DNA from: a virus
Taxonomy: Duplodnaviria; Caudoviricetes
Virus record (IMG/VR): IMGVR_UViG_3300046779_001014
Coordinates: 1-42,229 of that record
DNA: 42,229 bases
Reading direction: 5' to 3' (one strand)
Shown here piece after piece: positions 8,370-18,435 of this stretch. The notes under the pieces were generated by a model. The model saw nothing but the letters and a program-made list of their open reading frames with translations. It was not told the origin of the DNA and searched no databases. The position numbers and the translations under genes are program-made. Numbering within the stretch: the stretch's first letter is position 1; every line of letters starts with the position of its first letter.

Positions 8370-8636
8370 ATGGCAAATCACTCAATTAAGACAGTGTCAA
8401 GCACCCCAGTGCTTGTATCACCAGCACCTACATTTTCTGGTGCAGATGTTATTATTCAGAATAATAGCACTGCAGCAAATGTATACCTTGGTGCATCAGA
8501 CGTATCTCTAGAGTCATACGGATTTAAGCTAGCCGCTGGTTCAGCAATCTCGCTAAGACTAGGCGGTAAGGATAGCGTTTACGCAGTAGCAGACGCTACA
8601 GCTACAGTTAGCGTTCTTACAGTAGGGCTGGCGTAA
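8370..8636 (+). CDS. Small beta-rich virion protein (adaptor/decoration-like)
   Basis: IIQNNSTAANVYLG...GFKLAAG...VYAV..VSVL pattern. Confidence 0.55.
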   Translation: MANHSIKTVSSTPVLVSPAPTFSGADVIIQNNSTAANVYLGASDVSLESYGFKLAAGSAISLRLGGKDSVYAVADATATVSVLTVGLA

Positions 8637-8639
8637 TGT

Positions 8640-10250
8640 ATGGCAAGGTTTATTAATCCATCATCTTATGTTGGTAGAGACTTCTACTTTAAGATAAATC
8701 CAGATGGATCAATCACACCGCCACCGCCACCCCCTTCAGGCATTTCATTATTGGGAACAAGAACCTACGATGCTACAGGGCTTGGATCATTTAAATCTAT
8801 TTCAGATATAGAGCAGTATTCATCACAGCTACCAGGAAACGGATATCTCAGATATACAATAAGAAGAAATTCAATTCTTGGCGGCGACAAGACAATAACA
8901 GTACCATTCTACAAGCACAATGATGGAAAACTCTGTCAGTCAGCATTCTCACTAACTGATACCAATCAATTTTTATCTAACGTAACATCAATTTTTAATT
9001 ATGGAAATGATGACCATGACACCCTAGCCATGAGAGCAAATGGAACTGGGTTTATATCTGTTTATAATAGTGGAAACTGGGCAAATGGAAACAACTATTC
9101 TATTTTCCGAGGTGCAACAGAGCTAGCAAATTATGCTGGTTTTCCAGGACAGTTTGGTACTACAGTAGAGTCGTTTGTAAGTAATACTACTGCACACTTT
9201 ATATCATTCCCACAGTCTGGGGCAGAAGTTTGGATTAGGTTTAATGACCTAGCAATGCTTATGGATGGATTCTCAACAGAATATGACTCAATATTTAGCT
9301 ACCTAGGAAATAATTCTCCAGCAAATAGTCTGTGGTCAATATCAGACGGTGTGAATTCGGCACTGATCGGAAGATGGAATAGTAGCACTACCGTTTATGT
9401 AGAGTTCGACCTAACTACTGGTAAAGTTTATAAATCAGATCTTATATCTTATAGCTCTGGATATCAGTATAACTCAACAGAAGAGGATGCTAATGGAACA
9501 GCAATGTTTGCAGTTAATGCAAAGAATGCATTCCATGCAAATGGAAACTTCCACTATGAAACGCTAGACAGTAGCTACTCTGTCGGTTGGAGATTCGCTG
9601 GTGGCATGACTGCAAATGGAATGCAGTCAATATTTATGGGGAATAGCACACAAACAGACATGGATGTATTCGGATCAATCGATTCATCTGGAAATGTATG
9701 GTTTGCCGACTGGGGTCACGACGATGGTGGTCTTTTTGGATACGGTAATGATAATACCTTGGGTGTGGCAAAGACAAAGATAAGGCTATCTGGACCATCA
9801 GATATAGATGGTGAGTCTCCAAAGCTAGTAGTCTTTAATGAATCTCTGTATCCAGATAACTCAATCACTGGAGGATGGTACACCTACATTACTGGTGGAT
9901 ACGGATCTCCAGTATTTTCAATTGGAAGCAACGGAATAGGTCTTCAAGCACCATTGTGGCAAGATGCAGTAGCGTCAACCAACAACAGCATCGACCTGAC
10001 TGGAGCAAAATCAATAACAATCAAGATATCTTCCAATATTAATTATCCGTATTACTACTATGCTTCAGTACAATGGCCAACAACCACAGGATACGTTGGC
10101 TATCAGATAGCTAACCCATCAAATTACAGTTTTACAAACAGAGAAATAACAATTCCAATAACAGATGGAGCACTTGGTCAGTTTAGGTTAGCCGTTACCA
10201 ATTCAGACTCTGGAACTCTTACGCTACACTCTGTGGTGGTGAACTACTAA
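8640..10250 (+). CDS. Putative receptor-binding/adhesin protein
   Basis: Poly-Pro linker, beta-rich Gly/Asn/Ser/Tyr body, C-terminal jelly-roll-like domain (IDLTGAKSITIK). Confidence 0.55.
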   Translation: MARFINPSSYVGRDFYFKINPDGSITPPPPPPSGISLLGTRTYDATGLGSFKSISDIEQYSSQLPGNGYLRYTIRRNSILGGDKTITVPFYKHNDGKLCQSAFSLTDTNQFLSNVTSIFNYGNDDHDTLAMRANGTGFISVYNSGNWANGNNYSIFRGATELANYAGFPGQFGTTVESFVSNTTAHFISFPQSGAEVWIRFNDLAMLMDGFSTEYDSIFSYLGNNSPANSLWSISDGVNSALIGRWNSSTTVYVEFDLTTGKVYKSDLISYSSGYQYNSTEEDANGTAMFAVNAKNAFHANGNFHYETLDSSYSVGWRFAGGMTANGMQSIFMGNSTQTDMDVFGSIDSSGNVWFADWGHDDGGLFGYGNDNTLGVAKTKIRLSGPSDIDGESPKLVVFNESLYPDNSITGGWYTYITGGYGSPVFSIGSNGIGLQAPLWQDAVASTNNSIDLTGAKSITIKISSNINYPYYYYASVQWPTTTGYVGYQIANPSNYSFTNREITIPITDGALGQFRLAVTNSDSGTLTLHSVVVNY

Positions 10251-10257
10251 GGAAAAT

Positions 10258-10578
10258 ATGAGTATTTTTGCATACATAGACGATAGCTCAATAATAACAA
10301 GAATAGTTAATGCAGACGATGAGCAATCTGCAAAGTATACCTATGGATTGGATAACGGACTGTCTATCATTGACGTAACCAATAGTACAAAATGTGAAAA
10401 CTTTTATGCCGTAGGTAGAATTTATGTGCCCGACTCAGATGCAGTTCTACCAGCAAAGATTTTTCCTTCATGGGTGATAGCAAACGACGGTAGATCCTGG
10501 ATTCCTCCAGTTGTGCAAACAGATAGCGATACTGTTTGGGATGAAGAGTCTCAAACCTGGGTACTTCCAAATAGCTAA
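10258..10578 (+). CDS. Putative tail fibre assembly chaperone
   Basis: IFAYIDD..IITRIV...FPSWV...WIPPV...WDEESQTW; follows the adhesin gene. Confidence 0.55.
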   Translation: MSIFAYIDDSSIITRIVNADDEQSAKYTYGLDNGLSIIDVTNSTKCENFYAVGRIYVPDSDAVLPAKIFPSWVIANDGRSWIPPVVQTDSDTVWDEESQTWVLPNS

Positions 10579-10597
10579 TTTTAATAGCAATAACTCA

Positions 10598-10606
10598 TGC
10601 TATAAT
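10598..10606 (+). promoter_or_regulatory. Extended -10 promoter TGCTATAAT
   Basis: Intergenic, followed by SD aggag and GTG 10630. Confidence 0.65.
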
Positions 10607-10629
10607 TAATAATTGAATTAGGAGATATT

Positions 10630-11502
10630 GTGTTAATTAGAATGCAGCAACGTAAAGGCCTTGCCTCAGAGTGGCAATCTGCAAATCCAATATTGGCAGG
10701 TGCAGAGTTTGGGTTTGAGACTGACACTGGTAAGTTTAAGATTGGAAACGGTACTTCAAACTGGGCAGCCCTAGACTACTTTACTTCTTCATCAAACTTA
10801 AAAGCTGAAATTATCGGTGCAGCACCAGAGACTCTAAATACCCTGAATGAGCTTGCAGCTGCGATTGCGAATGATTCTACATTTGCTATGACAGTGCTTG
10901 GAGCAGTTTCCAGCAAGGCAAACATAAACTCTCCTAGTTTTACAGGAACTGTAGATTTTTCTAATGCCACGGTATCTGGAGTAATCCTTCCAATTAACTG
11001 GCTGGGAGAATATAACCCAGCTACAACTTACTTAGAAAACGACATGGTTCAGTATCAGGGTAGCGTGTACTACGCAACTGGACCTAATATTGGTCCTGCA
11101 TTCTCGCCTGGATCTATCGGGGCAGACTGGGACTTATTTGCATCAAAGGGGGATACTGGACCAACAGGACCAGCAGGACCAGAAGCAACAAGCATGAACT
11201 CTTCTGCTGTCGTTACTACAGTTACATCTGTTTCTTCAAATTACTCAATCACAAACTCAGATCGTGGAACTATGATAGTTTCTACTGGAAACTCAATAAC
11301 AATAACTATTAATAATGTTTTAGCACAAGGCGAAAATATCAGTTTTGCTCAGTATGGAACTGGACAAATAACATTTGCTGCAGGTTCTGGAGTAACCTTA
11401 AACTCTAAGGGTGCAAAATTTAAGACTTCAGAGCAATATGCAGCGGCATCTGTATTTTGTACTTCGCCTGGGCAATATTTGCTTGTGGGATCACTAATAT
11501 AA
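10630..11502 (+). CDS. Mosaic tail fibre: Mtd-N-like N-terminus, fibre repeats, CBM5/12-like segment, collagen triplets, adaptor-like C-terminus
   Basis: QQRKGLASEWQSANPILAGAEFGFETDTGKFKIGNG; APETLNTLNELAAAI; KANINSPSFTG; WLGEYNPATTY..NDMVQYQGSVY; GDTGPTGPAGP. Confidence 0.75.
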   Translation: MLIRMQQRKGLASEWQSANPILAGAEFGFETDTGKFKIGNGTSNWAALDYFTSSSNLKAEIIGAAPETLNTLNELAAAIANDSTFAMTVLGAVSSKANINSPSFTGTVDFSNATVSGVILPINWLGEYNPATTYLENDMVQYQGSVYYATGPNIGPAFSPGSIGADWDLFASKGDTGPTGPAGPEATSMNSSAVVTTVTSVSSNYSITNSDRGTMIVSTGNSITITINNVLAQGENISFAQYGTGQITFAAGSGVTLNSKGAKFKTSEQYAAASVFCTSPGQYLLVGSLI

Positions 11503-12827
11503 TGTTAGTTTCCTTTGGTATTGTACAAGATTCTTTTTATTATTTTAAAAACTTTTTGTCATATTTTAACCAAGGATCTTCTTCTTACACCGAACCCGTG
11601 GCTATTTCTCCACAATTTGCGGACTCATATTTTATAGAATCTAATACGACATCATTTTTGATAAAGGGTATTGTAAGAAGGGTTGCGTCTAGTGGAGAAG
11701 CTGTTTGGGAAAAAACTATATCGCATGAAACTCGTGACGTATACTTGAATGGAATTGTGTCAGATAACCTAGGAGGATTCTTCATTTTTGGCGGTTTGGG
11801 GGCAGGCACTGATCAGCCATCACTCCTGATTAAAATATCAAAAGACGGACAGATACTTTGGCAAAAGTCTGCCCTAACTAGCCTGAATGGATACAACTAT
11901 ACTCATTGGACACATGCCGACGTAGACTCTTCTGGCAATGTTTATGTTTCTGGATGGGTTTCTGCATTTAATAACGGAAACGAACAACAGTCAGGAATAG
12001 CACTAGTTAAATATTCTTCATCTGGAAACGTAGAATGGACAAGGTTTTTATCTACTGGAAGGTTGGTAGATGCCCTGTCGGTTGACTCAAATGGCAACAT
12101 TTGGGTTAGTTCTATTGTGCCAAACCCATATCCAACAAATAACTTTATCACTGTTGCTAAGTACTCATCAGACGGCACTTTGATATTTCAAAAGCATATC
12201 ACTGGATCTTCTGGACAATCTCAGCAAGAAGTAACCCTTTCTCCAGATCCTTCTGGCAATATGTATTTGTCGGTATCGGTCAATGGCTACCAGCTAATAG
12301 CGAAGCTAGATGCATCATGTTCGATAATATGGACTAAAGTTTTAAACTTAGGGAGCCAGATATACGCATCGTCAACAGATGATTTTGGAACCTTGTATCT
12401 TTCTGGTAATCATTTAAACGGTCCGAATTTTGGATCGACAATAACAAAGATACTTCCTAATGGAACAACTGTTTGGCAAAGATATATCTATAAGACTGGA
12501 GGGGAATATAACAACATCGCAGTTGGAAGTCCAAGATCGATAGACGTTGACTCATTTGGCAATATCTCCTATGCTGCAAGAATACGTATTTCCAATAGCT
12601 ATTTCCCATTCATTGCATATTTACCACCAGATGGTTCAAAAACTGGAACCTATTCTGTTGGAGGTCAGACTGTAGTTTATGCCTCTAGAAATATTTCATC
12701 AGTTAATCAGTCTTTTACCATATCGAATGCAAGCTTTGCAAGCAATTTTACTGTAACGATTAATGATTATCAATCCTTGCCATCAATCTCTGACTCATTA
12801 ACAACGCAATCCTTCGTCGTAATCTAA
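11502..12827 (+). CDS. Beta-propeller protein (SBBP-like repeats), putative receptor-binding tip; start reassigned to ATG 11502
   Basis: Repeated VDSSGNVYVSG / KYSSSGNVEWTR blades; TAATG overlap with the upstream stop. Confidence 0.7.
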   Translation: MLVSFGIVQDSFYYFKNFLSYFNQGSSSYTEPVAISPQFADSYFIESNTTSFLIKGIVRRVASSGEAVWEKTISHETRDVYLNGIVSDNLGGFFIFGGLGAGTDQPSLLIKISKDGQILWQKSALTSLNGYNYTHWTHADVDSSGNVYVSGWVSAFNNGNEQQSGIALVKYSSSGNVEWTRFLSTGRLVDALSVDSNGNIWVSSIVPNPYPTNNFITVAKYSSDGTLIFQKHITGSSGQSQQEVTLSPDPSGNMYLSVSVNGYQLIAKLDASCSIIWTKVLNLGSQIYASSTDDFGTLYLSGNHLNGPNFGSTITKILPNGTTVWQRYIYKTGGEYNNIAVGSPRSIDVDSFGNISYAARIRISNSYFPFIAYLPPDGSKTGTYSVGGQTVVYASRNISSVNQSFTISNASFASNFTVTINDYQSLPSISDSLTTQSFVVI

Positions 12828-12852
12828 AAGATGTGTTTCAGTAAACTTATTG

Positions 12853-12861
12853 TGGTAAAAT
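12853..12861 (+). promoter_or_regulatory. Extended -10 promoter TGGTAAAAT, leaderless geometry
   Basis: 6 nt before ATG 12868. Confidence 0.65.
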
Positions 12862-12867
12862 ATACCT

Positions 12868-15800
12868 ATGTCTAGCCCATCCAATCTATATGCAGAAAAG
12901 GTTTTTGCAGAACACCCAATTTCAATGTGGGCATTTGATGATCAGGCAGATTATGTCTCTTTTATATCAGAATCAGAGCGAAATATAGCTGGCGGTAGCT
13001 GGACTGTTCAGAATGGTGATTACCTAGGCGTAGCACCAGAATCATACCTAAAGCAGCAAAAGCCGTTCCCAGATAGCGTACTGAATGCGTTCGTTGGTCT
13101 ACCAGCACCAGCACCATTTGTTGACATAATTCTAAAAAGCTCAAACGTATTCTCTATATCAGAGCTTGACCAGTCAAAAGAAACTTTCGCTATTGGTGCC
13201 TACGTTTATGCAGCTAATCCTTACGTGCTTGGGTATGAGATTGGCTTCGAGTACACATCTGGTGGTCAGACTAAGCAAACATTTAGATTTTTTAATTCAA
13301 CAGTGTATGATCAATGGCTATTTATTTCAGAAACCTTTAAGATTCCTCAGTTAACAGCAGATATTAAAATAATAATTAAAGCCAGGTACTCGATTGATCC
13401 AGCTAACCCACTACCACAGTATCTGTTCTTTTTGAATGGACTGTCTGTAGGACAGTGGTCAGAAGACTTTAATACATATTCGCTTGGAATTAATCAATCT
13501 GAGTATTCTAGTTTTACGACACCAACATTTTCTGGTACAGGGATCAAGGCATATGCTTATGGAAAAGAAGACGGCTACGGATATTATGTTGCAGATAGCA
13601 AGAATATTTACGCAAAAAACTTTGGGGTTCCTCTAGTCTTTGGCTCTGGAAATGTCACAAAGATTTATCCAAATGGGTCAAACCCATCAATAATAATACC
13701 TGGAAATGGATTCTTGAATGATTCTGGCAGATTCCAGGAGTACACTATCGAGGCTTGGCTAAGGGCAAGACCAGAAAGTAACGAGCTTAGGAAAATTATT
13801 GGCCCACTAGGATCCAGCAACGGTATCTATATTAATGGACCATTTATTACACTAGTCATTGGTAACAGCGTACAGTCTCATTATGTTGGTCAATGGTTTA
13901 GGCCAATCCTATTAAACCTAAAACTTGGCATTAACTATGCTAACCTACTAATAAACTCAGAACAAGTAATTTCAATATCATTTGATACAGAAACATTAGA
14001 TATGAATGATATAAATAATGACTGGATTGGAATTTACGGGTATGACGACATCCCATTGCTAGAAATAGACGTAGTTGGAATTTATCCATACCAGATACCT
14101 GGAATTCTTCTAAAGAGAAGGCTTGGTTATGCACAGGCCGTAGAGTCTCCAGAGGGTGTAAACCGTGCATATGGTGGTGTTGTCGCAGCTGTAGACTATA
14201 AGTTTGCAGACTATACGAGTAACTACAATTATCCACTTACTGGAAAATGGGCACAGGGCATAGTTGAAAACATCAAGGTAGACGATGACACTCTGGCACC
14301 CCCACAGTACTTGGAGCCAGAGTTAGTTCTTAGCTCAATCTCAAGTGATCAGTGGATTAATTCTCAATCTGGTGCGTCTAACTCAGCCAGCTCATTCTTT
14401 AAGTTTAACGAGCTATCCGATGGCTACATGTACTTAGATTCATTTAAGTTGCCATTCCAGGAGATAGCTGCATTATACGGTGTTTTTAAAGTAGACTCTC
14501 TAAGCCAGGAAGAAAAGGTTTTAATTAAGGTTGAGAATCAGATTACTAATAGTTCTTTTACAATTCAGTTAGTAAATGGAACAATTCAGTATAAGTTTAG
14601 TAGCTGGGGCCAGGAAAGAAATCTATACTATAAAACTGGAATTTCAGAAAATACGGTATTTTTTGCAGGGGTAAATGTAAGAGATATCTCAGATGTATTT
14701 GGCGAAGACATAGAGGCATTCTTCGCAAATAGACAACAGCTAAAGATATACATAGCAAACAATAAAGAGATGACCAAGCAGTTCGACGGCAATATCTATA
14801 AGATTGGAATTTCAACATACAGAAATTCACTAAAGATAAAAGATATGTTCGATAACATCGAGTTTGAGCTTCTGCAGGTGGAGGCAGACTCTGGCGAGCC
14901 AGAAACTAATGAGTGGGAATACTACTTTGATGGAGGAACCCCGTTTTCGTTTACAGAACAGCAGATGTTATCCCACGTCCCTAGCTATGGCATTATCATA
15001 AAAAATAATTTTGGCAAAAAGTACTTAGACTCAGAAACAGATTCATACTGGGAAGACTACATACCGCTTTCTCACTTTAGCCAGTATGTTGACGATATCT
15101 TTGGGAATAAGTATTACGACTTAGACTTTATTCAGTTTAACGTTGACTATCCATCATTCAAAAAGTATGACGGAGCACTCTACGATACATCAGATAACAT
15201 AGTTAAAACATACATTTCCTTTCAGCATATATCTTCTGGTGCGAATGCCCCTGCTGAATACTTTACCTCAATAGAGGGAATGCCAAAGAATGGTGTGGTT
15301 ATACCAAAGGATAACTGGATGTATACAAAGTACGAGGTTGTTGATGGTGCCGTAATCTACCCACCAAAAGATGCAGATGTCCAGACACTAGCTATCGTCA
15401 CACATATAGAAATGTCAGCAAAGGGTGTAAAGACAAATCCAATCTCAGTAAAAAAGATAGAGTATTCATCAGAAGCTTTTAATGATTTTACTTCTAACCC
15501 AGTAGGAACAAAGTACGGTGTGCCACTGTACCCGTATAGCCAATATGCCTCATCGTTTGACTATAAGTCAGCTAACCCATTTAGAATATACAAGGGTAGC
15601 ACACCACACCTTTATCTAACAAATGATAGCGGCATAAACAGAGTTGGCGACTACAGCACAGTTGTCCCAAGAGGAATATCTATACCAATCAATGCAGGAT
15701 CAGCCGAGCAGTACAGAGTGATAGCAATGCAGATGTTCATGATGTACAACAAGGATGCGTTTGCATCTCAAGCGATTCAGTTATTCGAGGTTTCTGGAAC

Positions 15801-16365
15801 AGACAAATATCTCAGATTCTATATTAAGGCAAACGATAGAACTGGACAAAGAGGAAGGATTTATGCAGTTAATGCAAAAACTGGAACAACAGAGGATGGA
15901 ATTGCTTTCTACATAAATGGCAACCTGGTGCGTGACCCAGTTATATCTCTAAATGAATGGGTATCAATTGGTGTATCTTTTGCAACCACTATGTCATTTG
16001 ATGAGTACCCAGGTGCAATCAGGCTAACTGATACTGTTTTGTTTAATAACATAGCTTATTATGAGTCTACAAGCTTGCAAGAGGTAGAGCGTCAATCAAA
16101 GAGAACTTGGTCTAGAATATTCACAGAGTATGAGGATTGGCTAAATCTCCTCCAGGCTGCCCTAGTTGGAAACTTCCTGTGGAATGACGTGCTAGTAACT
16201 TCATCTGTCAGCTTCTTTGGAATTAATCCAGGGGACATCTATAAAGCGTACATTGGTATAAATAAGCAGTCTGTAGAAGGAGCTGAAGAGCTATTGCTTG
16301 GAGATGCAGAGATAAGAGTCTTTACGGACATAGAGTGGTCATCAAATGTAATAACTCCAGTATAA
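12868..16365 (+). CDS. Large virion protein with LamG/ConA-like lectin domains
   Basis: YAEKVFAEHPISMWAFDD, YTIEAW, LLINSEQV, FYINGNLV...LNEWVSIGV. Confidence 0.6.
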   Translation: MSSPSNLYAEKVFAEHPISMWAFDDQADYVSFISESERNIAGGSWTVQNGDYLGVAPESYLKQQKPFPDSVLNAFVGLPAPAPFVDIILKSSNVFSISELDQSKETFAIGAYVYAANPYVLGYEIGFEYTSGGQTKQTFRFFNSTVYDQWLFISETFKIPQLTADIKIIIKARYSIDPANPLPQYLFFLNGLSVGQWSEDFNTYSLGINQSEYSSFTTPTFSGTGIKAYAYGKEDGYGYYVADSKNIYAKNFGVPLVFGSGNVTKIYPNGSNPSIIIPGNGFLNDSGRFQEYTIEAWLRARPESNELRKIIGPLGSSNGIYINGPFITLVIGNSVQSHYVGQWFRPILLNLKLGINYANLLINSEQVISISFDTETLDMNDINNDWIGIYGYDDIPLLEIDVVGIYPYQIPGILLKRRLGYAQAVESPEGVNRAYGGVVAAVDYKFADYTSNYNYPLTGKWAQGIVENIKVDDDTLAPPQYLEPELVLSSISSDQWINSQSGASNSASSFFKFNELSDGYMYLDSFKLPFQEIAALYGVFKVDSLSQEEKVLIKVENQITNSSFTIQLVNGTIQYKFSSWGQERNLYYKTGISENTVFFAGVNVRDISDVFGEDIEAFFANRQQLKIYIANNKEMTKQFDGNIYKIGISTYRNSLKIKDMFDNIEFELLQVEADSGEPETNEWEYYFDGGTPFSFTEQQMLSHVPSYGIIIKNNFGKKYLDSETDSYWEDYIPLSHFSQYVDDIFGNKYYDLDFIQFNVDYPSFKKYDGALYDTSDNIVKTYISFQHISSGANAPAEYFTSIEGMPKNGVVIPKDNWMYTKYEVVDGAVIYPPKDADVQTLAIVTHIEMSAKGVKTNPISVKKIEYSSEAFNDFTSNPVGTKYGVPLYPYSQYASSFDYKSANPFRIYKGSTPHLYLTNDSGINRVGDYSTVVPRGISIPINAGSAEQYRVIAMQMFMMYNKDAFASQAIQLFEVSGTDKYLRFYIKANDRTGQRGRIYAVNAKTGTTEDGIAFYINGNLVRDPVISLNEWVSIGVSFATTMSFDEYPGAIRLTDTVLFNNIAYYESTSLQEVERQSKRTWSRIFTEYEDWLNLLQAALVGNFLWNDVLVTSSVSFFGINPGDIYKAYIGINKQSVEGAEELLLGDAEIRVFTDIEWSSNVITPV

Positions 16366-16367
16366 TA

Positions 16368-16376
16368 TGGTATACT
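16368..16376 (+). promoter_or_regulatory. Extended -10 promoter TGGTATACT of the portal operon
   Basis: 7 nt before ATG 16384; overlapped by the dyad CCAGTATA/TATACTGG. Confidence 0.55.
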
Positions 16377-16383
16377 GGTGGTT

Positions 16384-16761
16384 ATGAATACATTCGACGA
16401 ACAACTTTTAAGTAAAGTGCAAAAGCCACGACTACAGGTTATCAAGGAAGAGTTTTCTTTATTCGGTACATACGTTTGGGTAAAGCCTAACGGTAAGCCG
16501 TTTACAGACGGAAACGGAAATGCCCTATCTATCGAGGGCATGAAGGATGACACCACAAGAATTAAAGAGCTAGCAGACGCAGCAAAGTACTGGGGTCAGC
16601 CAGATGGACGTGCTGTGTTCTATCCAAATATGAGAAAGATCTCAGACGAAGAGCATTCGGAGCAGGTAGACAGGATGAAGCAGGGTCTAATCCCTAGCAT
16701 GAATGACCTTGGTGCAGTTATTGCTGCAAAGAAAACTCTAGAGCTTTATGGAGATGAATAA
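16384..16761 (+). CDS. Hypothetical protein coupled to the portal gene (start probably ATG 16384)
   Basis: Clean ORF, TAATG overlap with portal; no family recognised. Confidence 0.6.
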   Translation: MNTFDEQLLSKVQKPRLQVIKEEFSLFGTYVWVKPNGKPFTDGNGNALSIEGMKDDTTRIKELADAAKYWGQPDGRAVFYPNMRKISDEEHSEQVDRMKQGLIPSMNDLGAVIAAKKTLELYGDE

Positions 16762-18383
16762 TGACCGAGTATGTAATTGGTGCCAGCCTTCCAGATTTCG
16801 AGCAAGAACAAGACGTTTTTAAGGCTCGTGATCCATTTGTTAAGGCTTGGGATAACCTAAAGAGTTTTTCAGGACTAGATAAGAATTTTAAGAGGCGATC
16901 TGAAAGGGTATCAAAAGCTTTCGACGCACCTGTTCCAAACAACGTCAACGTCAATGACTTGGGGTATATTGATTCAGCACTAGCAATCCCATCAGGTACT
17001 GACGGTGCAAAGTCAAAGGAAATTAACCCAGGAACTGTTTATAGCAACGGCTACAGTGTATTCGATGTAATCACCCCACCATGGAACTTGTATGAGTTAG
17101 CTAACTACTACGACACATCATTTGCAAACCACGCAGCGATCGATGCCAAGGTAGAAAACATTGTTGGTCTTGGGTATGATTTCCATGTCTCAGACAAGAC
17201 TACCCTAAGACTAGAGGCAGAAGATGATTCCGATAAGGTTCGTAGAGCCAGAAAGCGTATTGAACGATCAAAGATTGAGCTACGTGACTGGCTAGAGAAC
17301 TTGAATAACGAAGAGTCCTTTACAACAATTATGACTAAGATCGTTACAGACTTACAGGCAACTGGTAATGGTTACATGGAGATTGGTCGCAAGACTAATG
17401 GTGATATTGGTTACATCGGACACATCCCATCAACAACAATGCGTGTACGTAGATTGCGTGATGGATTCGTGCAAATTATTGGTCAAAAGGTTGTTTACTT
17501 CCGTAATTTTGGGGCAAGTAACCAAAACCCAATAACATCTGACCCACGTCCTAATGAGATTATCCAGTTTAAGGAATATTCTCCATTAAATACTTATTAT
17601 GGTGTACCAGACATCATGTCTGCAATTTCGTCACTACACGGTGATCAGCTGGCTTCACAGTACAATATTGATTATTTTGCTAACAAGGCTACTCCAAGGT
17701 ATATCGTTACCTTGAAAGGTGCAAGGCTTTCTGCAGATGCAGAAGATAAGCTGTTTAGATTCCTACAGACAAACCTAAAGGGTCAGAACCACAGAACCCT
17801 ATACATTCCACTTCCTGGAGACTCAGACACCAATAAGGTTGAGTTTAAGATGGAGCCAATCGAGAATGGCGTACAGGAAGCATCGTTTAAGGAATATCGC
17901 AAGCAAAACCGTGACGACATCCTGATTGCTCACCAGGTACCACTTTCAAAGATTGGTGGCGGTGACTCAGCTGCTATTGCTGCTGCATTGTCACAGGATC
18001 GCACGTTTAAGGAGCAGGTAGCCAGACCAGCACAAAAGACCTTAGAAAAGATGATTAATAGAATTGTTCGTGAATACACAGATATTCTAGAACTCAAGTT
18101 CAATGAATTAACTCTTACAGATGAGATTGCTCAGTCGCAGATCCTTGAGCGTTATGTTCGTAATCAGATTATGGTTCCTAACGAGGCACGTGATGTGCTT
18201 GGTCTGCCACAGCGTAGCGACGGTGACGAACCCTTCGAGATGACATCGAGACAGGCTACAGATGCTAGAGCTAATACTGCAGAGGCTAGGAATAGGGATG
18301 CAGAAAGAACTGCTGGTCAGTCAGACGGCGAAGCAACAGTTTCTGGAAGAAATGCACAAGGAGAGGGTGCACGTACACAATAA
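16761..18383 (+). CDS. Portal protein (PBSX/HK97-like)
   Basis: DLQATGNGYMEI, HIPSTTMRV, NEIIQFK, YYGVPD, YFANKATP, AHQVP, MVPNEARDVLGLP. Confidence 0.92.
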   Translation: MTEYVIGASLPDFEQEQDVFKARDPFVKAWDNLKSFSGLDKNFKRRSERVSKAFDAPVPNNVNVNDLGYIDSALAIPSGTDGAKSKEINPGTVYSNGYSVFDVITPPWNLYELANYYDTSFANHAAIDAKVENIVGLGYDFHVSDKTTLRLEAEDDSDKVRRARKRIERSKIELRDWLENLNNEESFTTIMTKIVTDLQATGNGYMEIGRKTNGDIGYIGHIPSTTMRVRRLRDGFVQIIGQKVVYFRNFGASNQNPITSDPRPNEIIQFKEYSPLNTYYGVPDIMSAISSLHGDQLASQYNIDYFANKATPRYIVTLKGARLSADAEDKLFRFLQTNLKGQNHRTLYIPLPGDSDTNKVEFKMEPIENGVQEASFKEYRKQNRDDILIAHQVPLSKIGGGDSAAIAAALSQDRTFKEQVARPAQKTLEKMINRIVREYTDILELKFNELTLTDEIAQSQILERYVRNQIMVPNEARDVLGLPQRSDGDEPFEMTSRQATDARANTAEARNRDAERTAGQSDGEATVSGRNAQGEGARTQ

Positions 18384-18385
18384 AG

Positions 18386-18426
18386 TGTTATAATATTTTT
18401 ATAATTAAATAAAAAGCGTGTATAAT
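18386..18426 (+). promoter_or_regulatory. AT-rich promoter region (TGTTATAAT 18386-18394, TATAAT 18421-18426)
   Basis: Intergenic, before the protease ATG 18436. Confidence 0.55.
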
Positions 18427-18435
18427 TAAGGTAGT

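Noticed and set aside
10584-10603. Short dyads near other promoters (atagca-N8-tgctat; aaaatatatttt near 6790)
   Set aside because: Short, AT-rich and sharing no half-site; compatible with chance
11457-11501. ORF-track starts at 11457, 16378 and 20969
   Set aside because: Better starts at 11502 (TAATG coupling), 16384 (promoter geometry) and 21005 (SD)
10630-12827. Diversity-generating retroelement suggested by the Mtd-N-like domain
   Set aside because: No reverse transcriptase and no TR/VR pair with adenine-specific differences seen in the window
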